A DNA stretch of 63,903 nucleotides, filler included, from Choristocarpus tenellus KU-1152 (taxonomy: Eukaryota; Protista; Phaeophyceae), in NCBI GenBank assembly GCA_964200185.2. It is 14 parts of 14 records of this genome, joined end to end, with 100 filler letters (N's around TTAATTAATTAA, not from the genome) between each part and the next. Parts side by side here need not be neighbours in the genome. Positions count along the whole stretch, not along the records: positions 49,788 to 53,156 come from CAXNAD020020487.1; positions 53,257 to 56,807 come from CAXNAD020019315.1; positions 56,908 to 61,238 come from CAXNAD020015082.1; positions 61,339 to 63,903 come from CAXNAD020026721.1; 10 more parts are not named here. The stretch is one strand, 5' to 3'. The notes beneath the pieces are model-generated. The model ran no database searches. It had not been told where the DNA came from and saw only the letters and a program-made list of their open reading frames with translations. Positions 49,810-61,649 of the stretch are shown piece by piece; the stretch's first letter is position 1; each line of letters opens with the position of its first letter. Both the position numbers and the translations under genes were made by a program.

Positions 49810-50720
49810 TTTACTTACTCCTTCTGGAATGTCTCCGCTACCTCCATCCTACCAAGCCCCTTGACCTGCGATCAAATGCCAGCGCACAGCACTGTTTCTT
49901 CTAATCTCACTCTGTCCAATTGCCTTCGTCCATTACCACGACTACATCTCACCATCATCCATAAGAACACATGCCCTCATACCATGATGGAATTGATGGA
50001 TTATAAAAACCATCTTGGAAGGCATCCTAATTTGGTCGGCACAACTAAGAGGAGATCACAATCAACACAGTCCTGATCTATAAAACACATTAACAGGGTC
50101 ACATGCTTTCCCCCCACAACCTCTTGGAGGGCACATACAGTGTACATCAAGTCCATTGTGGGGCGTCAGGGTCAAAAACCACACTGTTCCTCATGAAGGA
50201 TGTTGTCCTGTTCCAGGGTATCCCCCAACCATCATGCAACAACTTTGAGGAGGACTTTGGCAACGTGTATCACCAACGAGATGCCCAAGTTGTTGCCATA
50301 ATCAGTGTGGTCCTTCGTCCTGTAGAGCATGGTGATGGCCACACCTTTTAAGACCTGTGGCACAGCTTCCTGGTTCAACACAGCCGACACAATCTCATGG
50401 AAACCCTAGAGGATAGCCACAACCTATATATATATCCAAACTTTAGGAGCTCAAATGGAACATTGTCGGGACCCACAAACCTTCCATTTCTCATTGCCTG
50501 GAGTGCTTCAGCCCCTCCCATCTTTGTTGCTGCAGTAGCGGGACCCATGGATGTGGCCAATTGATTGAGGGCTTCACCGCTGTAAGGGACTAAAGAAAAA
50601 CAACTGACCTGGTCTCAAGTGACTCTGTGGCGTATCTTCTCCACCGTTCCATGGTGGCTGCTTATCCCGTAGCAACCATCCAGACTCACCACGTATGGAT
50701 GTACGCGGAGAGGATTTTAA
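49810..50720 (-). mobile_element. RTE-clade LINE relic (RT N-terminal region)
   Basis: EALQAMRNGRFVGPDNVPFELLKFG (cf. AI..L.NGKA.GPD.IP.ELLK.G), EEQCGF and LLMCFID, with stops and frameshifts. Confidence 0.75.
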
Positions 50721-51963
50721 ACCACCACCTCCACTTTTATAAGCTTCAGTTCAATGGAAGTGGAACAACCGAATAACTGAACCGGAAAGGTTCGTTTTTT
50801 TCTACTGCTTGAAAAAATCACAACACAGGAATAGCGTGTTTGCTCAAAAAGAATTAGATTATCCAAATTTGTATAACGGCTATAAGAAATCCACTACGAA
50901 AATCAGATTGCGCAAAATGACATTCACTATCAAAAAGAAATTATCCGAAAAACAAGAAACGCCACCCGAAGGTGATGGAAAAATTCACACCATCTTCAGC
51001 TCGGTTAGTAGGCGCCCCGTGACGAAAGAGTAGCCTGCCGTAGCCTGCCGTAGCCCGTGTCAGCTTCCGTCTATTTCGACCCGTCCCTGGACATTCCTCA
51101 ATGGATTGAGGATGAAAGTAGGTCTTTGTCCGAAGGGTGTCTACTTCTATCCCTCGCCCAGTCTGTGGCTAGAGCAAGTGGGGATCGAAGCACAGACTGG
51201 GGAATGGATGTGACTGATTGAATGGGCTTTGATGCATTGCTTATTGGAATGAACGAGGTCTGTATTTCGCAGGAACCGAAGCATGTTGTTTGTTTACGGC
51301 AGCACAGACAGCGGGCGAGGAGTTCTGGGTTAAAACAGGTTGAAGCATCGGTGCAAGGGTTGCCACTCTGTTGACAACCTCTTGGTGTGGCCGTGAAGTT
51401 TGGCTTGATACCTCATTGTGCATGTACGTCCTGTTCTGTCGAGGTAGTCCTAGTCCCTGCCTAACGATCGGGGTTTCGGCTGAGGCAGCGAAAGGATGTG
51501 ACATGCTAGCAAACACAGCACTTGCATCTGCGATGATACTCAAACCATTGTGAGTCTTGTCCTTGTACAGTGGTGGCAGTCGCCTCCTGCATCAACTTTG
51601 TCGTGCCATAACGTTTGATCAACAACAATTTTTTTCATGAAAGTTCTTTTGTTGTAATCGCATCAGCATGCTTAACCTTATTTGATGAGTCTTGGTCAAC
51701 TTACAGTACTCGTCAGAAATACAGGGCCATATCTAAATCAAGTAGTACGCGCGCGCGGTTCACGCGGGGTGCCATGCTGCGCGCGCAAACCGCGCATTTA
51801 TGGATGTTTTGACGCCAGAAGAGGCCATCTTCACCCGGAGAACATGGGTGTTGTTGTCTCTCCATTCTCTTTCCATCATTTCCCGTGTATTCGATGTTGT
51901 CACCTGCTGACTAAGATTCACTCATGGGGGTCCAGGCCTCTGAATAAGACAGCCCATGCCAAG

Positions 51964-52490
51964 TCACACGAGGTATTCTGAAGGTACAGGCCTCCTGTTA
52001 GACTTAAATGTCTTGTACATCCTGTCCAATTTGGTGCACTCCATGCCTTTCTCGTTGGAATATATCAGGTGGTAAGCAATACTCATCTTGAAGAACCTCT
52101 CCACAATTACTCTGGAGAGCCCCCCTACCTCCTTGAGACTGAAAGGAATATTGGCTCTCATTCCAGGCAACGTGTACTCACATTGGCCTTGTACATAGTG
52201 CTTCGCCCGCCCCCAGACCATCTCTATCGGGTTCAATTCACAGTGATACTTTGGAAGCATCGAGCAGTGTCCTCCAAGACGCTCAACCAGAATCTTAAGA
52301 CTCGGTTGTACCACCTTGAAATCCTGTTGGTCCCCAAGAATGTACGCCTTGCTCATGCTCTTATTCCTGTCCTTGCCCCCGTCCTTGGCCATCCCTGGGA
52401 TAAACAAACGTTTCTCTTGCAAAATCTGTCTCGTGAGCGGCTTAAACAGTATTGAGCCGAGGTCCGCCCACGTACCGTTTTTTGGCGGTT
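51964..52490 (-). mobile_element. IS630/Tc1/mariner-superfamily transposase, C-terminal fragment
   Basis: GHCSMLPKYHCELNPIEMVWGRAKHY is the LP.Y..ELNPIE..W motif carrying the catalytic Glu. The 5' part is replaced by a palindrome. Confidence 0.85.
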
Positions 52491-52798
52491 ACTAATCTTG
52501 ATTTTTTAGATAAGGTTGACCAACAGGTTAATCTACGATCAGCATATCAAATGAAAGCTCCGGATCTAGACTATCGATTTACATAAAGTAATTCCTTCGC
52601 AAAATATTTTTGGACGTGATACTTATTCCGAAACATTTTCAAGGTTGTACCGAAAACATTCGGTTAAATTTAACCTTGCCAAATAATTTACGAAAGAATT
52701 CCTTTCCGGAAATCAATAGCTTAGATCAAGAGCTTTTAGTCGATCTACTCATCGTTGTTTAACTCGTTGGTCAACCTTTTCAAAAAACCAAGACCAGT
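52491..52798. repeat. ~310-bp imperfect palindrome (~150-bp arms, short loop near 52645)
   Basis: The left arm AATCTTGATTTTTTAGATAAGGTTGACCAAC... pairs with the right arm ...GTTGGTCAACCTTTTCAAAAAACCAAGACC. A second copy lies at 63397-63705. Confidence 0.85.
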
Positions 52799-53266
52799 CT
52801 GATCCTAGAGGTGACTTTCAACACTATACAATGCAGGTTTTGTATCATTTTGGTTGGCTGGGACAAATGCTCATTATTAGTCGCTTCGATTGGATAATTC
52901 CTCTATGAGATCAAACCTTCGAGGATCTTATCGAGGACATAATTCTATTCACTGTTTCAAACTTTAATGGGAAATTTCATAGCATTTGGCATATTTAATA
53001 TAAAACATCAACAGAACACGCGGTGACTAAGACTTTCTGATATTGTTATAGTGAATTTCATTGTAACCTAATGTGAATCGTGTGATTCCGTGGCGAGGGT
53101 GGCGAAGAGAATCACCGGGCAAGACGGACCAGACGAACAAGGACGAACCGCGACCGNNNNNNNNNNNNNNNNNNNNNNNNNNNNNNNNNNNNNNNNNNNN
53201 TTAATTAATTAANNNNNNNNNNNNNNNNNNNNNNNNNNNNNNNNNNNNNNNNNNNNTACAACTCAC

Positions 53267-56200
53267 AGGTGAGCACAGGTCTTGGATACGTGGTGGGGTA
53301 CTCTTCCACGCCCTTGAGATTGGCTGCCAGCAATTTGCCTGTCACCACACCAACTGGCCAGAAGCGGTCCTGCTTGTTTTTGCTCACTGAAAGAGTGTCC
53401 AGAAGGGGCATCCAACGCCATCCAAGAGACTAGCAAACAGTTATTGGAGAGAGTAGCAGCGGCGTGTGGGGTGAGGGCCTAGGGAGGGGCATTTTGATGG
53501 GAGAAGTGAGCAGATCATCGACTTGAGGATAAAGAAATATATCCTGAAGTGTCCTCTATACAAACTCCTTGCTTAAGTAGCAGCATTGTAGCCAAAAGTG
53601 AAAAGAGACTGTTGGAAAAGAGGTGGAATTTTAAATTGCACATGACTGGGAAGAGCAGTGACAATGTATTAGGGCTGTGCTTGAGGAAGCAAATGCTGGC
53701 AAAGAGCGATAAGACGATTTTGTTTGTATAGGTGGTGTGCTATTGTGTTGGGAGCGACACGGGACTTGAAAATTGTACTCCTCACTGTCGGGATAGCCAT
53801 GGAGTATTTTGAAGTATTTGGAGACAAGGCGTGAAGAGCAAGAGAGCACAGATATTTGGTGCACTGTGCTCATGGCAGGCACTAAGCTGCACATATCCCT
53901 GCGTGTTACCATTTGGGGTCGTCCTTCTAGGCCCTGTTGTCCATTGTGGTTTGATCAGCTGAAGAATTGAAGCATTGAAGTGTTGTATGTTCACACAGGC
54001 TCCTCACAAACAACCTTGACACGGGCTACTGTGTCTCCATCATCCTCTTCTACATCCTCAATAATCTCTCAACACTCCGAGGGAGATCAATTAGGTTCTC
54101 CCCCCTCAGCTTGCTCCCTTCATCCTCCTTGAACATCTTCAGCTTGCAAACTCTTCATCCAGGCACACCTGCCGGCTACACTCAAGGCCTTATTTTGGCT
54201 TCTCCTTCCATGCATTCGGCCCCATGCCCACGATCTTTTCAACCTCACACTTCCACAAGGTCCACCCCATGTGAAGGTCTCCCCAACAACGCCAATCATG
54301 ATACACCCCTGTGCAGTATCACCTCTATCTCATGAACGACTTTGAACTGTGCGAATCTGAGACCACGGGGGTGCTGCAGAATCTTCCAAGGTACCACATG
54401 GAAGATTCCATTGCTTCACCGGACGCCATCTGGTCAAGATTATTTCCAACCTGGTCAGAACTGCGAGGACTCCCCTGCAGATGATAATAGTACCCCTGTG
54501 GAATGTGAGGATCCTGATCTTTCCAATGCACCACACAAGTGTTGATAGATGTGACGACTTCGCTGGCGATGCAGCAGAGATAGACGTACAAAACGGGATT
54601 AGGAGCTAAAGCTGGACACAACAGTGGCGGATATCTGCAACTGTTGCCAGACACCCCCTCCTTTCCTTTCCACCTGTAGCTCAAACCATTTTTGGTTTTA
54701 ACATTGTTAAGGGTACAACGATATGGTTGGCTAAGGAATGCGACCGTCACCAATTGTGATGCTGTCCCTGGGAGGGCACTGGCCTGTGACGCCTCTACTT
54801 CTGACAATTCTGAACTTCGAATAAAAAAAAAATCAACAAAAGTGGGTTACAGCTCCAGAAACCAAATTTCAGGTGGACAGGAGTGAGAACGAAAAATACA
54901 TAGTAGTGATAATTAAAAAATATTTAGCAAGGGTTTCGTATTGGTACATCAGGGACAAGGTGAAGCTATAATGCACTGTGCTTGTCCTTTGTCTCGTGGG
55001 TGATTATGTCCCACTTGCTTTGTGTTGCATACTACAAAAGCCTTCCTGTGCAATTAATACCATTAATATCATCACTACTATATTAATAGCAAGAATTAAT
55101 CATTGCATAAACAGTCAATTATCACCAGTATGATTACAGTTATTGCTACAGATGGTATCATTATCATCAAAGTGAAAGTGTCTTCGTGGTACAGGACTGG
55201 CGGGGAGACATGTCCTCAATCAACCACCGCCTTCCATGTACGGAGGAAAGGAAGCATCAACACACATGTATGTAGTTCTTCTGTATACAATAAAATAGAA
55301 AAAGATTTATCACAGTATCATTAATATGCTGAATTGTGCAACATTGTACAATGTATGCCTTACCTGGGTGAGCCCCATGAGTAGCCCAGTAGAGTCCATT
55401 GCCACTACCATGAGATCATCACTCAAGCCCAACCAGGTAAGCTCTGCTCCAGAAGAGAGGCAGACATCGCCGCAGGACAGCTCTCTCCCCCCCCCCACAT
55501 CAAGTAGCAGATATGCCAGGCTCTGGGACTCGCCCAGGGGTAGACCCTGTGTGCCCCCCCCAAAAAAACAGTGTGTAACGGTATCAATAACTCAGCCGTT
55601 GAGAATAATTTACTAGTCGATGGATATGGCAGAGCAGGGTATGGGGATCTCCAGTGGGAATAGGGTATTCCTGGACAAGAGAGGAGGGCAGGTGGGGGGG
55701 TGGTGGAGGGGTTGTTGTGCCCGGGTTGGAAAAGTATGGAGGCTTTCCCCGTTGATCTATCTTGATTGTAAACGATGTCAAGTCTGAGACTGTGTGAAGA
55801 GCACACACTGCTGTTAAAATGCTGTAACTGTTTCTTAACTTTTCTAGTAAGGAAAATATTCCAAGCAAGTTAAGTACTACTAGGAACGATTTTCAGAAAA
55901 AAACATTAAAATCCATCCAAATCTTCAACTGTGCAGAGCAAGAAAAAACGAAACAGAAGCAAGTGTGTACAAGCACAAAATAATAATGAAAAGGATGTGC
56001 ACACAATAGCAACAAGTGTTTGTCCTGTTGGCACCTTGTGATAGATCACCACAAGTAATGCCCCAGAGCCAGCCATTGTCACCACAGGGCCTGGTAGCAT
56101 GCTTGTCTCACTCTGTGGCAACAGATTACGCACCACCAGAACATGACAGAGGGTTAGTAAGAAAATGTACGCCACCAAAAACAGAGTGGTCCTAGGGAGG

Positions 56201-56590
56201 CGTTTGAGTGAGGTTAAAGCAAACTGTGAGCGGTGCTTCCGATCGATGGATTGACATGTGTGGGGTGTACCTCTTCCGGGAACATCAATGAACAACTCTT
56301 TGAGTCACTTGTATCAACAGATACCTCAAATATGACGCACCATCAACAACAGGTGCACAAAAGACAACATAACACACACAACACAGCAATCAAGGCGAAC
56401 AGACTATTTTCACAACACACAACACACAACACACAAGAACACACAAGAATCAACAAACAAAAACACCAAACACACCTGCAGTCCACTGGCAGTAAAGACA
56501 CGAAGGAATTTATTGGTGGCCACAGCAACCCATCCCCCCCCAGCTGCTACCCCCAGTGCACTCTCCCCCTTTGGCATCATCCTCCTCCAC
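53267..56590 (-). CDS. WDHD1: WDHD1/AND-1/Ctf4 replisome adaptor, four internal exons of the SepB beta-propeller domain
   Basis: Exons 56590-56476, 56112-56035, 55546-55364 and 53429-53267 splice in phase to WRRMMPKGESALGVAAGGGWVAVATNKFLRVFTASGLQ|SETSMLPGPVVTMAGSGALLVVIYHK|GLPLGESQSL...ELTWLGLS...MDSTG...|SLGWRWMPLLDT...DRFWPVG...KG...YPTTYPRPVLT. This is colinear with the AND-1/Ctf4 motifs LR.FT.GG.Q, GPVV.MAG, W.GFS, DS.G, W.P, YW.VG and P...PRP. Confidence 0.93.
53725..54650 (-). mobile_element. Decayed piggyBac-like transposase derivative, copy 2, inside a WDHD1 intron
   Basis: Homologous to 22500-23520; reads EVVTSINT..VHW, GLRFAQFKVVHEI, TLWK...RQVCLDEE and TKYLCS...YFKILH across frameshifts. 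Confidence 0.5.
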
Positions 56591-57059
56591 CTGTAGAGTC
56601 ATGTGTTCCAGCACACAACAATTACAAACGAGGTGGCCACAACCACGGCCTCCTCATGTCAAAAGGAATGCGCTGCTTGACAAGGAGAAGGCACTCCTCT
56701 CGACTGGATAAAAAAAAAAAAGAGAGGCAAAACATTATTTTCTCGAAACACTTCTCATCAAAAACAAAAAAATAAAAAACACTGCACTACTCTCAACCAA
56801 TCACACCNNNNNNNNNNNNNNNNNNNNNNNNNNNNNNNNNNNNNNNNNNNNTTAATTAATTAANNNNNNNNNNNNNNNNNNNNNNNNNNNNNNNNNNNNN
56901 NNNNNNNGCTGATCCAAGTAAACAACATAGCTTATATGTACGTTGATCTTTAGTTTAGTACAATACAAGGTAGTAACGTACACAGCGGTATGTTATGGTG
57001 AGTTAGTGGGACATTAGTGGGACATTAGTGGGACAATAGTATCAAGTAGAAAATACCCC

Positions 57060-58700
57060 ACAGATAATTAATAATTCAGTGTATGCTTTACCATGTAATT
57101 CAACTGCTAGCTTCCGGCGACGAGCCTCATGTGCGCCAAGCTTTTCAACAGAGACGTGGTAAGGATCAGCCTTTGCGGCAACAACCTCAAGGATAATATT
57201 TTGACTGTCGTGTTTTACATTCCAAATATGTAGCTTTCATGTCCATTTCGAGACCGCTTCTTGTATGGTTGGCTTCATATTTGTGATATGTCTATTGAAG
57301 GGCAAAAAAGTGTTGACTCGCTCGTGCAGTTATTGCACAGATGCGAATTATCAAGGGCTTCACACTGAACATCTGTGCATGTGGACCAGTGACTGTGACG
57401 TTAGAATCACATAGTCTTGGTGCAAGTTTTTCCCGCGTTTATGGTCGTAACAAGGAATGTGATACGTGTACACTAGTTGGCATGACTTTTGTCGTTTTTG
57501 GAGGTCATTGATGCGGCATGTGTTAACACTTGTAGGGGAAAGCATCACCTAGACTCCTTTTGCAAGTAACAGGTGACAGGAAATTGATTTATGTGAGACA
57601 CAAGTCATCGTCTGTGAAGGTTTAACTTGTGCGATTCTTGTTAGGGGAGATAGAACAAGAGCTGTATTGTAAGGTCTGTTGTAGTGGAGTAGAAAAAACT
57701 GTACGACAGTGAAGCTATGTGCGAGCTGCACCTTCTTGTTATTGTGACGTGTTGCGTGAGTCTTAGTTTTTGCATGTACCTCTGGAAAACGACCTTCAAG
57801 ATTTCATGTATGTTCTAGATGGCAACATTTTAAAGTAGTGACTACGAGTTAGCTCTTACACTCAGGTACTTTTGACCAGTATGTTTTAGGCAGAATATGC
57901 AGTAACGATAAATCGATGTTCCAATTTTCATCTTGCTTGTGGCTATGTGATGTTGATAGTAAGTAAAACATATTGGCACATGTACAAAAAATCCGTTGAA
58001 ACATATTTTTGAGTAAATTTTAATTTCATGACCTAAAATCTGTTACACTCTCTGAAGAATGCCTTTTTTACTTTAAAATGTTCTGTAGACATGGTACATT
58101 GCTAAGAGTAGAGTATCATTTTTTTTTGTCTCTGTTCATGCAGTGAGTGAGCAAAAACATGCCATGCTCGCTGGGACATAGGTGATTCTGAAGAATCTCT
58201 TGGTGCATTTGATGAAGGAATTGGTCGTCACCTTATCTCTGGCTTGCCGTTTTGATTGTCATATACAACATTTTTTTACATATCTTCGTATTGATTAGAT
58301 TGTCTCTACTTTGTTGCATACCCTGAAATGATTGCAAACATTGTGTTTATTTCTGGCACTGGAGAATCTGACTAGCATTGCATGTTTAGGTCTCACCCTG
58401 TAGCGCTCAGTGGCAAGATATGGTACTTCTATCCGCTGGGTAATTGTTTCGTAGAAAAAAATGCACTGTAGTTTCTGTATTCTTTGGTCAGTCACCAGCA
58501 CCACATATGTTAGGAAATCACACCTTGCTGAGTATTGGAAGAGATAAGGCCGGCAGAAATTATGAAACAATTCAAGGAACATGTCAAATATGTATGTGCT
58601 TCTGAGGTGGTAGAGTTCACATCTTGTTAATTTGTGGAGATGTGGATTTGCACTGATATCAATTGGTAAAATTTAGATGAGTTAGGTTGAATAGTAAAAT
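57060..58700 (-). pseudogene. Decayed intronless ORF, probable Mutator/MULE transposase
   Basis: One frame runs ~58000-57060 with only about 8 stops. It includes a SWIM-like INDLQKRQKSCQLVYTYHIPCYDH (cf. V.L..R.C.C......PC.H), LPKTYWSK...VVTT, and a frameshifted P.AWHVF(C)..H motif near 58150. Confidence 0.4.
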
Positions 58701-60351
58701 CATTTAACTGCCTTTAGGGAGATAATCATATTTTTCTAGTAGTAATTTTTGATCAGTAGGTGCTCAAAGCTGCTCTTGATACGGAAAAGAGATTTTACTA
58801 TGTGGTGAAAGCTAACCATTAACAAACTAGTCCCATTGTACTTTTTTGGTAGAAAGCAAAGAATGATCAAAATCAGCATTGTGTTATTAAATGTATATGT
58901 GAATGTTTTACAAGAAGAGTACCTGGTTGTACATGCTTCAGTGGTGAGAAAGTATTGGAGTGTTTTTTGTTTTTGTAGGGTAGGTATGGCTTTTGCAGAG
59001 AATGCCACTCTCTATGTTATGTTTATTTTTTTACTTACTCTTTTCCCCGTGAAACATGTCGTTTCCCGCTAAATTGTTAACTCGACAGAACATGATGGAA
59101 TTTTCTGGTATTTTGCTGGATCTTTTTGTTGTTGTACATAGTGAGTTAGGGTTAGGGTTAGAAGCTGATTTGAAGTTAGTTTTTCATTTATCTGACCATG
59201 GTTAGCTCATTTTCATCTCATATTGCGCCTTTGTATTTTTTCTGCTGGTATTATATTTATAATTTTATGAGGCCTTTGTGTGTGTCAATGTTTTACTTGG
59301 ATAAGCATTTATTTATTTTGGAGTATTTACATGACAAATCAACTGTCTTATTTTAATGATGTGTAATTTAGATTGGTTCTGAGTAGTGTTAGAAATAATT
59401 AGATCTGTATTTATTATCACGCTTGTCTCCGGTGTTTATCTCTCCTAAACTGTGTTGTTTTTGGTGTTTAAATATCTATTTTATATATTTCTTTAGTATC
59501 TTAAAATTTCACTTTCATAATGTACTGTACAGTTTACTCAACAAACCCATCGATTATTCCCTTTACTGCTCATATGTTGCCCCATCATATGTGAACATTT
59601 GGTATCTTTTTGATAATATGTTTGTCAGAGCACTACTAACACCTAAGTTTAAGGAACATAACGCTTCACACTGGAGAACCCTGAACTGCAAACTCCAAGC
59701 TTTAGTTACAAAAAGATTAGTACTGATAGGTCTGTGTAGAGTGTTTATGGTTGTTCATTTGCTATTCACCAGACACTCTCTATAAGACCGCGTGTATCAA
59801 CAGGAGTGCATCTTATGACTTAACTTTTTATTGAGATCTATGTTGCCTGATTATCCAAATTTTAGCACATTTTGTAGGTTTTTGTGCGACAAACATTTTG
59901 TGTCATATAATAATCTTCAGTGCAATATTTTTCTCAGTTGTTTTTCATTCCCGTAATAAAAAAATACTTGTACATTTCAAGAATGATGAGAATAGAACTC
60001 TTGGCTTATTTAGAGTTCCTTTTTGTGACGTCCAAAGTAGCTGCTCACAATTATGCCATTCGTGTACTTTTGGTGAGTTCAGAAAGACGATATTAGATCT
60101 TTTGAAAATTTTGACGACCCTTCTATTCTTTTATATTCAACCTGGGTTAGTAGAAGTACACATCATGTGCCACCCTTCATTCTTCTCAATTCCGTGTTCT
60201 TTCAAATTGTACGGCATATTTGTGGCTCACTAACTTGTATTTCTTGCCACGATACGTTCTTCTAATGTTATTGTTGCATGAAATTCACATTAAAAAAAAC
60301 TACATGGTGTATATATCAAATGAACAGCAAAATCATGCCGGTTGGTTTGAT

Positions 60352-61189
60352 GAGTAAAAAATAGTGGAACCAGCACAAAACAAAATACCAGCTTAACTAT
60401 GGTGCCGTGAGTAATGTAACCATAACTAATGTCTAGGCCCTTGTCCAGTACAATCATCAGCTGGAGGTAGACAACAACGGTCATGCACAGTACATCAAAC
60501 ACTCTCCTGTCAACACTTTTCATTTTCACACTAATCAACATCAAACCAACAACCATCATATTGTTCTGTTAGCCATAAAAGGTTGGATTCGATCATTTCT
60601 ATATTGCACCAGTCCAACATTCTTAGGGTACACATCAAAAATCAACATTTTCAACTACATCAGGGTAATTCAACAGGAAACCAACAAAATGAGAAACCGT
60701 CAAAATCAACAAATGTCCAACTTCACACTTACCACTCCGATTATTTTGGGACAAAACTAGCTCCTTAAGGGCACAGAGCTTGCCCAGTCACTCCGGAATG
60801 CTTCCTGCCAGAGAAAGAATTGAGTTGCGAAAGCCATTCAGGTTTCACAGTATGCAAAGAACGATTAGTCAAAGTCTAGTGACAACGCATGCAAAACGAA
60901 AAACACATTTATTCTTACAATCACAAATTCTCAATTACCTTCTATGCTCAGACTGACTAAACATCTTGGCCCAACCTATTTTCAAAACGCCTAAGAACAG
61001 GGAGTAAAAAATAGAGGAGCTAGCACAAAACAAAATACCAGCTTAATTATGGTGCCGTGAGTAATGTAACCATAACTAATGTCTAGGCCCTTGTCCACTT
61101 CAAACATCAGCTTGAGGTAGACAACAACAGTCATGCACACGACATCAAACACTCTCCTGTCAACACCTCCCATTCTCACACTAATGAAC
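60352..61189. repeat. 188-bp direct repeat pair (60352-60539 and 61002-61189), 650 bp apart
   Basis: Ungapped alignment with scattered substitutions; the second copy is cut by a MITE at 61190. Confidence 0.9.
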
Positions 61190-61238
61190 GAGCCAAAGTA
61201 TCTTAGAGGGTAGAGCCGCGACCATTAGGGGGCCAAAT
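61190..61238 (+). mobile_element. MITE family A, degraded partial copy at contig end
   Basis: GAGCCAAAGTATCTTAGAGGG...CCATTAGGGGGCCAAAT. Confidence 0.55.
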
Positions 61239-61374
61239 NNNNNNNNNNNNNNNNNNNNNNNNNNNNNNNNNNNNNNNNNNNNTTAATTAATTAANNNNNN
61301 NNNNNNNNNNNNNNNNNNNNNNNNNNNNNNNNNNNNNNGTTTAGGTAATGTTTTTTTTTTTTTAATGTCTTTGT

Positions 61375-61544
61375 TTGTTGGTGGGGGGGGGGGTCTACAC
61401 CAGGGTGTCCACTTGGGGCATAACCAGGAAACGTGCACTTACATTATTCATCCGATGCATGCCACCAAATCGCACAATAATTACGACATAAAAAAATTGA
61501 CCCCAAAATGGACAGCCACCGCGCCCCCCCAGATATTTTTAACC
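61375..61544 (-). mobile_element. MITE family A, nearly full copy
   Basis: GGGGTCTACACCAGGGTGTCCACTTGG...AAATGGACAGCCACCGCGCCCCCCCAGATATTTTTAACC. Confidence 0.85.
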
Positions 61545-61649
61545 TATATACTATATATTAGTATATTATGCATGTAGAAATACGCCAAAAAAAGTATTCA
61601 TGATGATGCTATTTAGTCCATCACCCGCAGGAAAAAGGCCCGAGCTGAA

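Noticed and set aside
51000-53156. Fanzor/TnpB nuclease associated with the ITm transposase
   Set aside because: No RuvC motifs or zinc-finger/RD.N.A.NI signature were found in any frame I read.
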